Shown one piece after another: positions 12,081 through 20,782 of a DNA stretch of 64,000 bases. The number at the start of each line of letters is the position of its first letter. Positions within the stretch are counted from its first letter, which is position 1. A model generated the notes under the pieces. That model was not told where the DNA came from and ran no database searches. It was given only the letters and a program-made list of their open reading frames with translations. The stretch spans positions 192,001 through 256,000 of the forward strand of contig CAVSGO010000005.1 of assembly GCA_963727525.1 (NCBI GenBank), written 5' to 3'. Made by a program: the position numbers and the translations under genes. The stretch is from an uncultured bacterium. Lineage in GTDB: Bacteria > Krumholzibacteriota > Krumholzibacteriia > LZORAL124-64-63.

Positions 12081-12491
12081 ATGCTGCAGCGCCCCGGCTT
12101 CACGTTGATCGAGCTGATGGTCGTCGTGGTCGTCATCGGCCTGCTCGCCGCCATCGCGATCCCCAATTACATCACGATGCAGGATCGCGCCAAGGAGGCC
12201 ACGGTCAAGAGCGCGGCGCACACGGTGCAACTCACGGCCGAGGAATACGCCACCCGACACGACGGCGTGTATTCGGACCAGGCCGCTGATCTCGCGCCCG
12301 TGCTTCCCAATGGTGTGCTGCTGGAGAACGCGTTCACGCGCGTGCGCACAGAGCCGCAGTTCGGTGCGTTGGCCGCCAATCCTGGCCAGGTGGGCATCGT
12401 CGCCTTTGCGGCCAACGGCGTGAACGTGGGCTACACGATCAACGGTTGCGGCAAGAACAACGAGATCATCGTCCAGATCGGCGGGCACTAG
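12081..12491 (+). CDS. type IV pilin / pseudopilin
   Basis: Prepilin cleavage/methylation motif G|FTLIELMVVVVVIGLLAAIAIP. Confidence 0.9.
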   Translation: MLQRPGFTLIELMVVVVVIGLLAAIAIPNYITMQDRAKEATVKSAAHTVQLTAEEYATRHDGVYSDQAADLAPVLPNGVLLENAFTRVRTEPQFGALAANPGQVGIVAFAANGVNVGYTINGCGKNNEIIVQIGGH

Positions 12492-12492
12492 T

Positions 12493-12900
12493 TCAGTTCG
12501 CGCGCCGCCGCCCGATCTCCTCACGGATGTATGCCACGATATCCTGCGTGCTCGCACCCGGGCCGAAGAGCCGGCCCACGCCCTCGGTCTGCAACGCGGC
12601 CATGTCCTCGTCGGTGATGGTGCCCCCGCCGGTGAGCAGGATGTCGCCGCCGCCCTTCTGAAGCAACGCCTCGCGCACGAGGGGGAAGATCGTCATGTGG
12701 GCGCCGGAGAGGATGGACAGCCCGACGGCATCCACGTCTTCCTGGATGGCCGCTTCAGCGATCATCTCCGGCGTCTGACGCACGCCCGTGTAGATGACCT
12801 CCATCCCCGCGTCGCGCAGGGCGCGTGCGACGACCTTGGCGCCGCGATCGTGTCCGTCGAGACCGGCTTTCGCCACCAGTACCCTGATCTTCCGTTCCAT
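12493..12900 (-). CDS. icmB: acyl-CoA mutase small subunit, cobalamin-binding domain
   Basis: DGHDRG base-off/His-on B12 motif, SILSGAH, GGG; adjacent to large subunit. Confidence 0.85.
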   Translation of the reverse strand: MERKIRVLVAKAGLDGHDRGAKVVARALRDAGMEVIYTGVRQTPEMIAEAAIQEDVDAVGLSILSGAHMTIFPLVREALLQKGGGDILLTGGGTITDEDMAALQTEGVGRLFGPGASTQDIVAYIREEIGRRRAN

Positions 12901-12917
12901 CGTCCCGTCCTTTGGGG

Positions 12918-14537
12918 TCAGATGATGATGGGCTCCGTGTACTCGCCGTAGACGGTCTTGAGATTGCCGATGATCTCGCCTAGCGTGGCGTAGCAGCGCA
13001 CGGCCTCGATGAAGGGCGGCATGAGATTCTCACCGGCGCGGGCGGCCGTGGCGACCCGCGCGAGCGCCGTCTCCACCGCGCCGTTGTCGCGGCGCGACCG
13101 CAAAGCCGTCAGCTTCTTCTCCTGGGAACGGGCCACATTCTGGTCGATGCGCAGCAGCGGGATGTCGATCTTCTCCTGTGGGTCGACATACTCGTTCACG
13201 CCCACCACCACGCGCTGCTTCGTCTCGAGGGCCTTCTGGTACCAGTACGCCGCGTCGGCGATCTCGCGCTGGAAGAAGCCCTCCTCGAGGGCGCGCACTA
13301 CGCCGCCGATCTCATCGATCCGCGCGAAGTACTCCTCGGCGCCCTGTTCCATCCGGTCGGTGAGGCTCTCCACGAAATAGGACCCGGCCAGCGGATCGGA
13401 CGTGAAGGCCACGCCCGTCTCATGGGCGATGATCTGCTGCGTGCGCAGCGCGATCTCCACGGCCTTCTCGCTTGGCAGGGCCAGCGCCTCGTCCATGGAG
13501 TTGGTGTGCAGGCTCTGCGTGCCGCCGAGCACGCCGGCCAGGCCCTCGTAGGCCGTGCGTACGATGTTGTTGTACGGCTGCTGGGCCGTGAGGCTGCAAC
13601 CGGCGGTCTGCGTGTGGAAGCGCAGCAGCCAGGAGCGCGGATTCTTCGCCTTGAAGCGTTCCTTCATGTGGCGCGCCCAGATCCGTCGCGCCGCGCGGAA
13701 CTTGGCCACCTCCTCGAACAGGTCGAGGTGCGAGTTGAAGAAGAATGACAGTCGCGGTGCGAACTCGTCGATATCGAGCCCCGCCTTCACGCCCGCCTCG
13801 ACGTAGGCGAAGCCATCGGCCAGGGTGAAGGCCAGCTCCTGCACGGCGGTGGAACCCGCCTCGCGGATATGGTAGCCCGAGATGCTGATGGTGTTGAACT
13901 CGGGCAGGTGCCGGCTGCCGTATTCCATCGTGTCCACCACCAGCTTCATGGACGGCTCGGGCGGGAAGATGAATTCCTTCTGGGCGATGAATTCCTTGAG
14001 GATGTCGTTCTGCAGCGTGCCGCGCAGCTTGCGCACGTCGCAACCCTGCTTCTCGGCCGCCACGATGTACATGGCCCAGATGATCGCCGCCGGCGAATTG
14101 ATCGTCATCGACGTGCTGACCTTGTCGAGCGGGATGCCGTCGAAGAGCGTCTCCATGTCCTCGAGGCAGGTGACCGCTACGCCGCACTTACCCACCTCGC
14201 CCAGCGACCAGGGATCGTCGGAGTCACGCCCCATGAGCGTGGGCAGATCGAAGGCCACGGACAGGCCGGTCTGACCGCGGCTGAGCAGGAACTTGTAGCG
14301 CTGGTTCGAATCCTCGGCGGTGCCGAAGCCGGAGAACAGGCGCATCGTCCACATCTTGCCGCGGTACATCGTGCGATGCACGCCGCGCGTGTATGGGTAC
14401 TCGCCCGGATCGCCGAGCTGCTTCGCGTAGTCGAGGCCGCCGACGTCGGCCGGGGTCGCCAGGGGCGGCACCTCGAGACCGGACACCGTGACATAGGGAT
14501 TGCGCTCGTTGGAATTGCGCTCGTGGTCGGACATCAT
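12918..14537 (-). CDS. icmA: B12-dependent acyl-CoA mutase large subunit, isobutyryl-CoA-mutase type
   Basis: MM-CoA mutase family motifs ([26 protein letters not shown]); specificity positions F (MRLFSGF) and Q (FIAQKE) instead of Y/R. Confidence 0.8.
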   Translation of the reverse strand: MMSDHERNSNERNPYVTVSGLEVPPLATPADVGGLDYAKQLGDPGEYPYTRGVHRTMYRGKMWTMRLFSGFGTAEDSNQRYKFLLSRGQTGLSVAFDLPTLMGRDSDDPWSLGEVGKCGVAVTCLEDMETLFDGIPLDKVSTSMTINSPAAIIWAMYIVAAEKQGCDVRKLRGTLQNDILKEFIAQKEFIFPPEPSMKLVVDTMEYGSRHLPEFNTISISGYHIREAGSTAVQELAFTLADGFAYVEAGVKAGLDIDEFAPRLSFFFNSHLDLFEEVAKFRAARRIWARHMKERFKAKNPRSWLLRFHTQTAGCSLTAQQPYNNIVRTAYEGLAGVLGGTQSLHTNSMDEALALPSEKAVEIALRTQQIIAHETGVAFTSDPLAGSYFVESLTDRMEQGAEEYFARIDEIGGVVRALEEGFFQREIADAAYWYQKALETKQRVVVGVNEYVDPQEKIDIPLLRIDQNVARSQEKKLTALRSRRDNGAVETALARVATAARAGENLMPPFIEAVRCYATLGEIIGNLKTVYGEYTEPIII

Positions 14538-15487
14538 GACTCCTTCAGAACGGACGTCAGCAGCTCCTGGGCCGCGGAGTAGGGCGTGGCTTCCCCCGCG
14601 GCGATCCGGGCTGCCGCCACAGAGAACGATTCACCCAGGCGATCGCCGGCCAGGCGCCACAGCCGGTCGCGCAGGACTTCCTCGAGGTCCTTGTGCGCCC
14701 GGCGCAGTCGCTGGCGGTCGAGTCCGCGATGCTCTTCGAGATACGCGCGGTGGCGCCCGACCTCGGCAGCCAGTTCGGGCACGCCCTCGCCGCGCGCCGC
14801 CACCGTCGTCAGCACTGGCGGTACCCAGCCGCCGGCCGGCTTCAGTGCGAGGTCGCCACGCAGGGCCTGCATCATCTCGCGCGCGCCGGGCCGATCGGCC
14901 TTGTTCACGACGAGAATGTCGGCCACCTCGAGTAACCCCGCTTTCATGGTCTGGATCGTGTCGCCCGATTCCGGCGACACGGCCACGATCACGGTATCGG
15001 CCACGGTCGCCACGTCCACCTCGGATTGCCCCACGCCCACGGTCTCCAGGAGAAGCACTTCCTGGCCGAAGGCGTCGAGCACGTCGGCCACCTCCATCGT
15101 GGCGCGGGCCAGACCGCCGAGGCTGCCCCTGGTGGCCATGCTGCGGATGAACACACCAGGATCGGTGGCCACGGCGTTCATGCGCACGCGGTCGCCGAGC
15201 ACCGCGCCGCCCGAGAACGGGCTCGTAGGATCGACGGCCACGACCCCCACCCGCAGCTCGCGGGCGCGGTAATGCCGGATCAGGGTCTCCACCAGCGTGC
15301 TCTTGCCCACCCCCGGTGGTCCGGTGACGCCGATACGCATAGCGCCGTGACGCAGCGGGTACAGCTCGTGCAGAAGGCGGTCGGCCAGCGGGCCGCCATC
15401 CTCCACCGCGGTGATGATGCGGGCCGCCGCTCGGCGGTCGCCCGCGCGGAAGGCAGCGAGCGTGGTCTCGAGGTCCGATTCGCGCAT
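14534..15487 (-). CDS. meaB: mutase-associated G-protein chaperone
   Basis: [39 protein letters not shown]. Confidence 0.93.
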   Translation of the reverse strand: MRESDLETTLAAFRAGDRRAAARIITAVEDGGPLADRLLHELYPLRHGAMRIGVTGPPGVGKSTLVETLIRHYRARELRVGVVAVDPTSPFSGGAVLGDRVRMNAVATDPGVFIRSMATRGSLGGLARATMEVADVLDAFGQEVLLLETVGVGQSEVDVATVADTVIVAVSPESGDTIQTMKAGLLEVADILVVNKADRPGAREMMQALRGDLALKPAGGWVPPVLTTVAARGEGVPELAAEVGRHRAYLEEHRGLDRQRLRRAHKDLEEVLRDRLWRLAGDRLGESFSVAAARIAAGEATPYSAAQELLTSVLKES

Positions 15488-15663
15488 GGCTCCCACCGGT
15501 TGCACGACCTGGGCGATAAACTGGGCACAATGTACCCGATCGGCGCCTCTGAGCCAAGCAAAGGGGTCGGGGCACACGGGTTTTGGATGAAAATCTGCAG
15601 GATATTGCCTACAATCGGGAACGCTCCCGCAGCCGCCGACCTGCCCGCGAAAGGACGCCTTCC

Positions 15664-16806
15664 ATGGACTTCAGGTTGACCGAGACCCAGCAGATGATGC
15701 GCGACGCCACCCGGGAATTCGCCGAGAAGCGTCTCGACCCGCTTGCCGAGAAGGCCGACCACGAGGCCAGGATTCCGGAGGAGATACTCAAGGAATGCGC
15801 GGCGATGGGCTACTGCGGCGTCGGCACGCCGGAGGCCTACGGCGGTGCGGGACTGGATGCCGTCACCTATGCGCTCATCATCGAGGAGCTGTCCTGGGCC
15901 GACGCGTCGGTGGGCGTGACGGTGTCGGTGACCAACAGCCTATGCCAGGATCCGATCATGTTCTTCGGCACGGAGGAACAGAAGCGCCGGTACTTGCCTG
16001 ACCTGGCGTCCGGCAAGACCTGGGGCGCTTTTGCCCTCACCGAGACGCAGGCCGGCACGGACGCCGGCGGCACCCAGACCACGGCCGTGCGCGACGGCGA
16101 CCACTACATCGTCACCGGCAACAAGATCTTCGTGACCAACGGGGCCTTCGCCGACGTCTTCATCGTCTTCACCAGCACCGACAAGTCGGTCAAGCACAAG
16201 GGCATCACGGCCTTCATCGTCGAGCGGGGCTGGCCGGGCTTCAGCATCGGCAAGAAGGAAAACAAGCTGGGCATCCGCGCGTCGTCCACCACCGAGCTGA
16301 TCTTCGAGGAATGCCGCGTGCCCGCCGCCAACCGCCTGGGCCAGGAAGGCGAGGGCTTCAAGGTGGCCATGATGACCCTCGACGGCGGCCGCATCGGCAT
16401 CGCCGCCCAGGCCCTGGGCATCGCCCAGCGCGCCCTCGACCTGGCCTTGAAGTACGCCGGCGAGAGACAGCAGTTCGGCAAGACCCTGGCCGCGTACCAG
16501 CACAACCAGTTCGCCCTGGCCGATATGGCCGTGGATGTGGAGGCCTCGCGCCTGCTCATCCACAAGGCCGCCAACCTGAAGGATCGCAAGGATCGCTTCT
16601 CACAGGCTTCCGCCATAGCGAAGCTCTTCTCGTCCGAGGCCGCGCACCGTGTGGTGCACAAGTCGCTACAGATACATGGTGGTTACGGCTACATCAAGGA
16701 ATTCGCCATCGAGCGCCTTTACCGTGACCAGCGCATCACCGAGATCTATGAAGGAACCTCCGAAGCCCAGCGGATGGTCATCTCGTCCGGGCTTCTCAGG
16801 AGGTAA
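15664..16806 (+). CDS. short-chain acyl-CoA dehydrogenase (butyryl-CoA dehydrogenase-like)
   Basis: FALTE..AGTD, G.K.FVTNG, QIHGGYGY, IYEGTSE catalytic Glu motif. Confidence 0.93.
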   Translation: MDFRLTETQQMMRDATREFAEKRLDPLAEKADHEARIPEEILKECAAMGYCGVGTPEAYGGAGLDAVTYALIIEELSWADASVGVTVSVTNSLCQDPIMFFGTEEQKRRYLPDLASGKTWGAFALTETQAGTDAGGTQTTAVRDGDHYIVTGNKIFVTNGAFADVFIVFTSTDKSVKHKGITAFIVERGWPGFSIGKKENKLGIRASSTTELIFEECRVPAANRLGQEGEGFKVAMMTLDGGRIGIAAQALGIAQRALDLALKYAGERQQFGKTLAAYQHNQFALADMAVDVEASRLLIHKAANLKDRKDRFSQASAIAKLFSSEAAHRVVHKSLQIHGGYGYIKEFAIERLYRDQRITEIYEGTSEAQRMVISSGLLRR

Positions 16807-16907
16807 GCGATTATATCTGAATAGCTTACGACGTCACCCCGTGGCACAGGTCGGCGCTCCGGGGCTTACCCGCGGCCGCCCCGACCTGCCGGAACCGCAA
16901 GCATTCA

Positions 16908-16936
16908 TTGAAATAGTCAATCTACTCTGGTATTCT
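16908..16936 (+). promoter_or_regulatory. sigma70-type promoter of the S8 protease gene
   Basis: TTGAAA-17 nt-TATTCT with TG extended -10 in an AT-rich gap. Confidence 0.55.
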
Positions 16937-17019
16937 CGATGGGTTCAAACGAGGGCGTTCCGCGCGCGCTCGTCACGTTGTGCCAGGTCCTTTTTGATTC
17001 TTGCCAAGGAGACGACCCC

Positions 17020-20000
17020 ATGCTCCGTAAGCTCACGCTCGGAACGTTCACGCTGAGCCTGCTGATCATTGCCATCGCCGCACCCGCCGGGGCGACAATC
17101 ATCGATCCCGGCCTGCGCGATTTCATGACCCAGAAGGCCGATACGGAACTGATCCCCGTGCTGATGGTCTTCGACACCCCCTACGACGTGTCGGACCTCC
17201 ACGACGCCGCGATCGAGCAACCCGACATGGGCAAGCGACGCACCAGCGTCATCGTCGCTCTGAAGAAATATGCCAAGAAGCTCATGCAGAACTCGGTCGA
17301 CGTGCTCACCGCCCCCGACACGCCGGGCGTCGCCGAGGACGTGAACGTGCTCTATTTCGCCAACGCACTGGCCTTCCGTGGCGATGCGGCCATGATCGAA
17401 GCCCTGGGCGCGGACAAGGCGACGGCCGCCACCTTGATCTACGATGAGCCGCGCAACCTCCTCGACATGACCGACGCCCGCCAGGCCCCGTCCGCCGCCG
17501 CGGCCGAGACCAGGTCCGACCGCGCCGACACCGTCTGGAACGTGCGCTGGGTGCACGCTGACCGGGTCTGGAACGAGCTCGGCTACACGGGCGACGGCGT
17601 CCTCGTCGGCCACATCGATTCCGGTGTCTGGCTCGCCCATCACGACATCTCCGGTCACATCTACCACAACCCGAACGAGATCGCGGGCAACGGTATCGAC
17701 GATGACGGCAACGGCTACGTCGACGACGTCAATGGCTGGGACTTCGGCGATGGCGACAACAACCCCAACGACGACAACCTCGATGGTGGCCACGGCACCC
17801 ACACCGCGGGTACGGTGTGCGGCGACGGCGCCAATGGCACGCAGACCGGCGTTGCTCCTGGCGCGATGCTCCTGGTGTGCAAGGTCTTCGCCCATGACGG
17901 CACCGGTACGGTGGCCATGATCTGGGAAGGCGAGCAGTACGCCGTGGAGATGGGCGCGCGCGTGTTGACCATGTCGCTGGGCGTGAAGGGCAACGACCTT
18001 CCGGCCAGTCTCCTGCGCAGCGAGCGCGCCAACTGCGCGGCCATCCGCGAGGCTGGCGTGGCCATCTTCAACTCGTCGGGCAACGAGCACTTCGAGTTCG
18101 ATCCACCGTTCGAATGCGGCATGACGGCACGCGTACCCGCACCCTGGAACGTCGATGCGGGCGTGCCCTGGAGCAGCACCGGCGGTGTGGTGTCGGTCGG
18201 CGGCACCGGCTACCAGAACAACAACGTGTACTCGTTTTCGTCGCAGGGGCCGGTCACCTGGGGCGACATCGACCCCTACAACGACTGGCCGTACAATCCC
18301 GGCGCGGGTCTGGTGAAGCCTGACATCGCGGCTCCCGGCACCAACGTCAACTCGCTCGTACCGCCGCAGGGCTACAGCGGCAACACCTGGTCCGGCACCT
18401 CGATGGCCTGTCCGCATCTGGCCGGCGTCGCCGCGCTCATGCTCGAGAAGAACCCGTCGCTCACACCCGAGAGCATCGACGCGATCATCGAGCAGTCGGC
18501 CGTCGATCTGGGCGTCGCGGGCAAGGACAACATCTTCGGTTCGGGCCTCGTGAATGCGTACGAGGCCGTCCAGCACACGCCGACCACGCAAGTGGCCAAC
18601 CTCGTTCAGACCGCCGTGCTGCCTGATCCCGCGGGCGACCAGGTCCTCGATCCGGGGATCGTCTCCCCCATCGCCTTCACCCTCACGAACAACAGCACCG
18701 TGGTGACAGCCACCAACGTGCAGGCCACGCTGTCCGTCGTGAGCAACCCGTACGTGACGGTGGTCGATGGGAGCGCGAGCTTCCCCGACATCCCTGCCCA
18801 TCTGGGTACGGGCGACAACACCGCCGATCCGTTCACGCTCGACGTCGCCGCCGGCACGCCGCAGGGCTACCAGTTCACGATGTTGCTCACCGTGACCTGC
18901 GACGGCGGCTTCTCGCGCACCTTCGACCTGGAGCACTTCGCGGGCCTGCCCGAGCTGCTCACCCACAACGTGGGCGGCGTCTTCGGTTCGGTCACCGACC
19001 AGGGCATCCTCGGCTACCTGAGCGACGACCAGACCGTGGGCGACGGCTTCGGTCTTGCCGGTGCCGGCAGCGCGCTGTTCCTCGGCTCCTTCTGGGGCGG
19101 CAACACGACGCTGTACATCTGTAACCGCGACTACCACGGCCAGGGTGCCGGGATCGAGACGTACGAGTGGGTGACGCGGCAGTCGCCCAACGGACGCGTG
19201 CGCGATCTGGGCGCCACCGGCTCGGACCAGACCTTCAGCGCCGCCTTCACCGACAGCGGCCATGCCAACCCGCGGGGCTTCGTCGTCGAACAGACGAGCT
19301 ACGCGTACGCCTCCAGTCCGAATGACCAGTTCGTGATCCTGGAGTACCACGTCACCAACGCCGGCCCGTACTCGGTGCCGACGTACTGGATGGGCGTGTT
19401 CTGCGACTGGGACGTCGCCGACGCCGCCTCGAACGTCGGCAGTTCGGACGTCGACAGGCATGCGATCTGGATGACAGGGAATACCGGCGGTCCCTACTAC
19501 GGCCTCACACTGCTGGGCGACGCGCCGCCGGAGAACGTCACCTTCATCAACAACCCGACGTACGTGTATCCGAACTCGGCGATCGACGACGGCAACAAGT
19601 TGCGTTTCCTACGCTCGCTGATCACGGTGCACGACACACCGACGCCCGACGACTGGTCGATGTGCTGCTCAGCCGGGCCCTTCGCCTTCGAACCCGGCGC
19701 GGAACACACCGCCGCTTTCGCAATGGTCTACGGCGCCACCCTCGAGGACTTCCTCGCCAACGTCGACGCCGCCAAGGCCGTCTACAACCCGTCGACGCCG
19801 GTGACGGACGAGCTGCCGGTGAAGATGTTCCACCTGGCGCAGAACACGCCGAATCCGTTCAACCCGGTCACGAGCCTCAAGTACGAGGTCGCGACGCCGG
19901 GCCTGGTGGATCTGGCGATCTACGACGTCAGCGGCCAGCGGGTGCGCACCCTCGTCAACGAGGAGCGACCGGTCGGCCAGTACTCGGTGACCTGGGACGG

Positions 20001-20100
20001 CACTGGCGATGCCGGACAGCATGTCGCCTCGGGCGTGTACTTCGCCAAGTACCGCTCGGGCAACCAGCAGCAGACGCGCAAGATGACGCTCGTGAAGTAG
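17020..20100 (+). CDS. secreted S8 (subtilisin-family) serine peptidase with FlgD-Ig/T9SS-like C-terminal domain
   Basis: Triad motifs GHIDSG, GHGTHTAG, SGTSMACPH; signal peptide; C-terminus 'QNTPNPFNP...WDG...SGVYF...KMTLVK'. Confidence 0.93.
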   Translation: MLRKLTLGTFTLSLLIIAIAAPAGATIIDPGLRDFMTQKADTELIPVLMVFDTPYDVSDLHDAAIEQPDMGKRRTSVIVALKKYAKKLMQNSVDVLTAPDTPGVAEDVNVLYFANALAFRGDAAMIEALGADKATAATLIYDEPRNLLDMTDARQAPSAAAAETRSDRADTVWNVRWVHADRVWNELGYTGDGVLVGHIDSGVWLAHHDISGHIYHNPNEIAGNGIDDDGNGYVDDVNGWDFGDGDNNPNDDNLDGGHGTHTAGTVCGDGANGTQTGVAPGAMLLVCKVFAHDGTGTVAMIWEGEQYAVEMGARVLTMSLGVKGNDLPASLLRSERANCAAIREAGVAIFNSSGNEHFEFDPPFECGMTARVPAPWNVDAGVPWSSTGGVVSVGGTGYQNNNVYSFSSQGPVTWGDIDPYNDWPYNPGAGLVKPDIAAPGTNVNSLVPPQGYSGNTWSGTSMACPHLAGVAALMLEKNPSLTPESIDAIIEQSAVDLGVAGKDNIFGSGLVNAYEAVQHTPTTQVANLVQTAVLPDPAGDQVLDPGIVSPIAFTLTNNSTVVTATNVQATLSVVSNPYVTVVDGSASFPDIPAHLGTGDNTADPFTLDVAAGTPQGYQFTMLLTVTCDGGFSRTFDLEHFAGLPELLTHNVGGVFGSVTDQGILGYLSDDQTVGDGFGLAGAGSALFLGSFWGGNTTLYICNRDYHGQGAGIETYEWVTRQSPNGRVRDLGATGSDQTFSAAFTDSGHANPRGFVVEQTSYAYASSPNDQFVILEYHVTNAGPYSVPTYWMGVFCDWDVADAASNVGSSDVDRHAIWMTGNTGGPYYGLTLLGDAPPENVTFINNPTYVYPNSAIDDGNKLRFLRSLITVHDTPTPDDWSMCCSAGPFAFEPGAEHTAAFAMVYGATLEDFLANVDAAKAVYNPSTPVTDELPVKMFHLAQNTPNPFNPVTSLKYEVATPGLVDLAIYDVSGQRVRTLVNEERPVGQYSVTWDGTGDAGQHVASGVYFAKYRSGNQQQTRKMTLVK

Positions 20101-20156
20101 TTGCTGAAGTGATCGCCGAAGCACGATCGATTCATAAAGATATACCGTAGTGCAAC

Positions 20157-20190
20157 AGCCCCGGCCATCACGGCCGGGGCTCTTTTTTTT
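20157..20190 (+). terminator. intrinsic terminator
   Basis: AGCCCCGGCC-atcac-GGCCGGGGCT stem followed by T8. Confidence 0.9.
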
Positions 20191-20270
20191 CATCGGCATG
20201 TGATTTGCCGGCCCGTGCCTCATCCAACTCCACCACAACGCCCCTGAACCCAAACCTCTCGAGGTATGCC

Positions 20271-20771
20271 ATGCGCTCGACCGTCAATGCCTCTCTGGTT
20301 CTCCTGCTCACCCTCGCGTTGCCCGCTCTGGCGGCCGATTCCCGGCCTCAGCCACCGATCGACCCCACAGCGGCCAACACGGTCGTTCCTCTCGCGATCA
20401 ACCAGGCCGAGATCGCCGCCAACGTGGTGACGGATCCGGGCGCCGCCCCTGCTCCGGCACATGATCTCGTGGATCCGATGATCCTGGACATCGAGGGCGT
20501 CATCGCCGCGAGCCGCGCCCAGGTGGCCGAGCTGGCCGGCCGGGTGGCGTCCACCACGAACGCCACGACGATCGACGACCTGCAGCAGCAGATCGCCCAG
20601 GTCAAGCAGCATACCGAACTGGACATCCTCGCCATCCAGGTGCGTTACGCGCGTCAGCGCGGGCACGAGGGCCTCGCCGCGCGCATCGAGGCCGACATCG
20701 CCCTCATCCAGACTCCGCCGCTCCCCACACCGCCCACCACGCCGCGGCCCGCGCCTGGCGACCAGCACTAG
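20271..20771 (+). CDS. small secreted helical/coiled-coil hypothetical protein
   Basis: Signal peptide ..LPALA, heptad-like 'IDDLQQQIAQVKQ', Pro-rich tail; GAGG RBS; 11 nt upstream of next gene. Confidence 0.7.
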   Translation: MRSTVNASLVLLLTLALPALAADSRPQPPIDPTAANTVVPLAINQAEIAANVVTDPGAAPAPAHDLVDPMILDIEGVIAASRAQVAELAGRVASTTNATTIDDLQQQIAQVKQHTELDILAIQVRYARQRGHEGLAARIEADIALIQTPPLPTPPTTPRPAPGDQH

Positions 20772-20782
20772 GGGGCCCCGTC

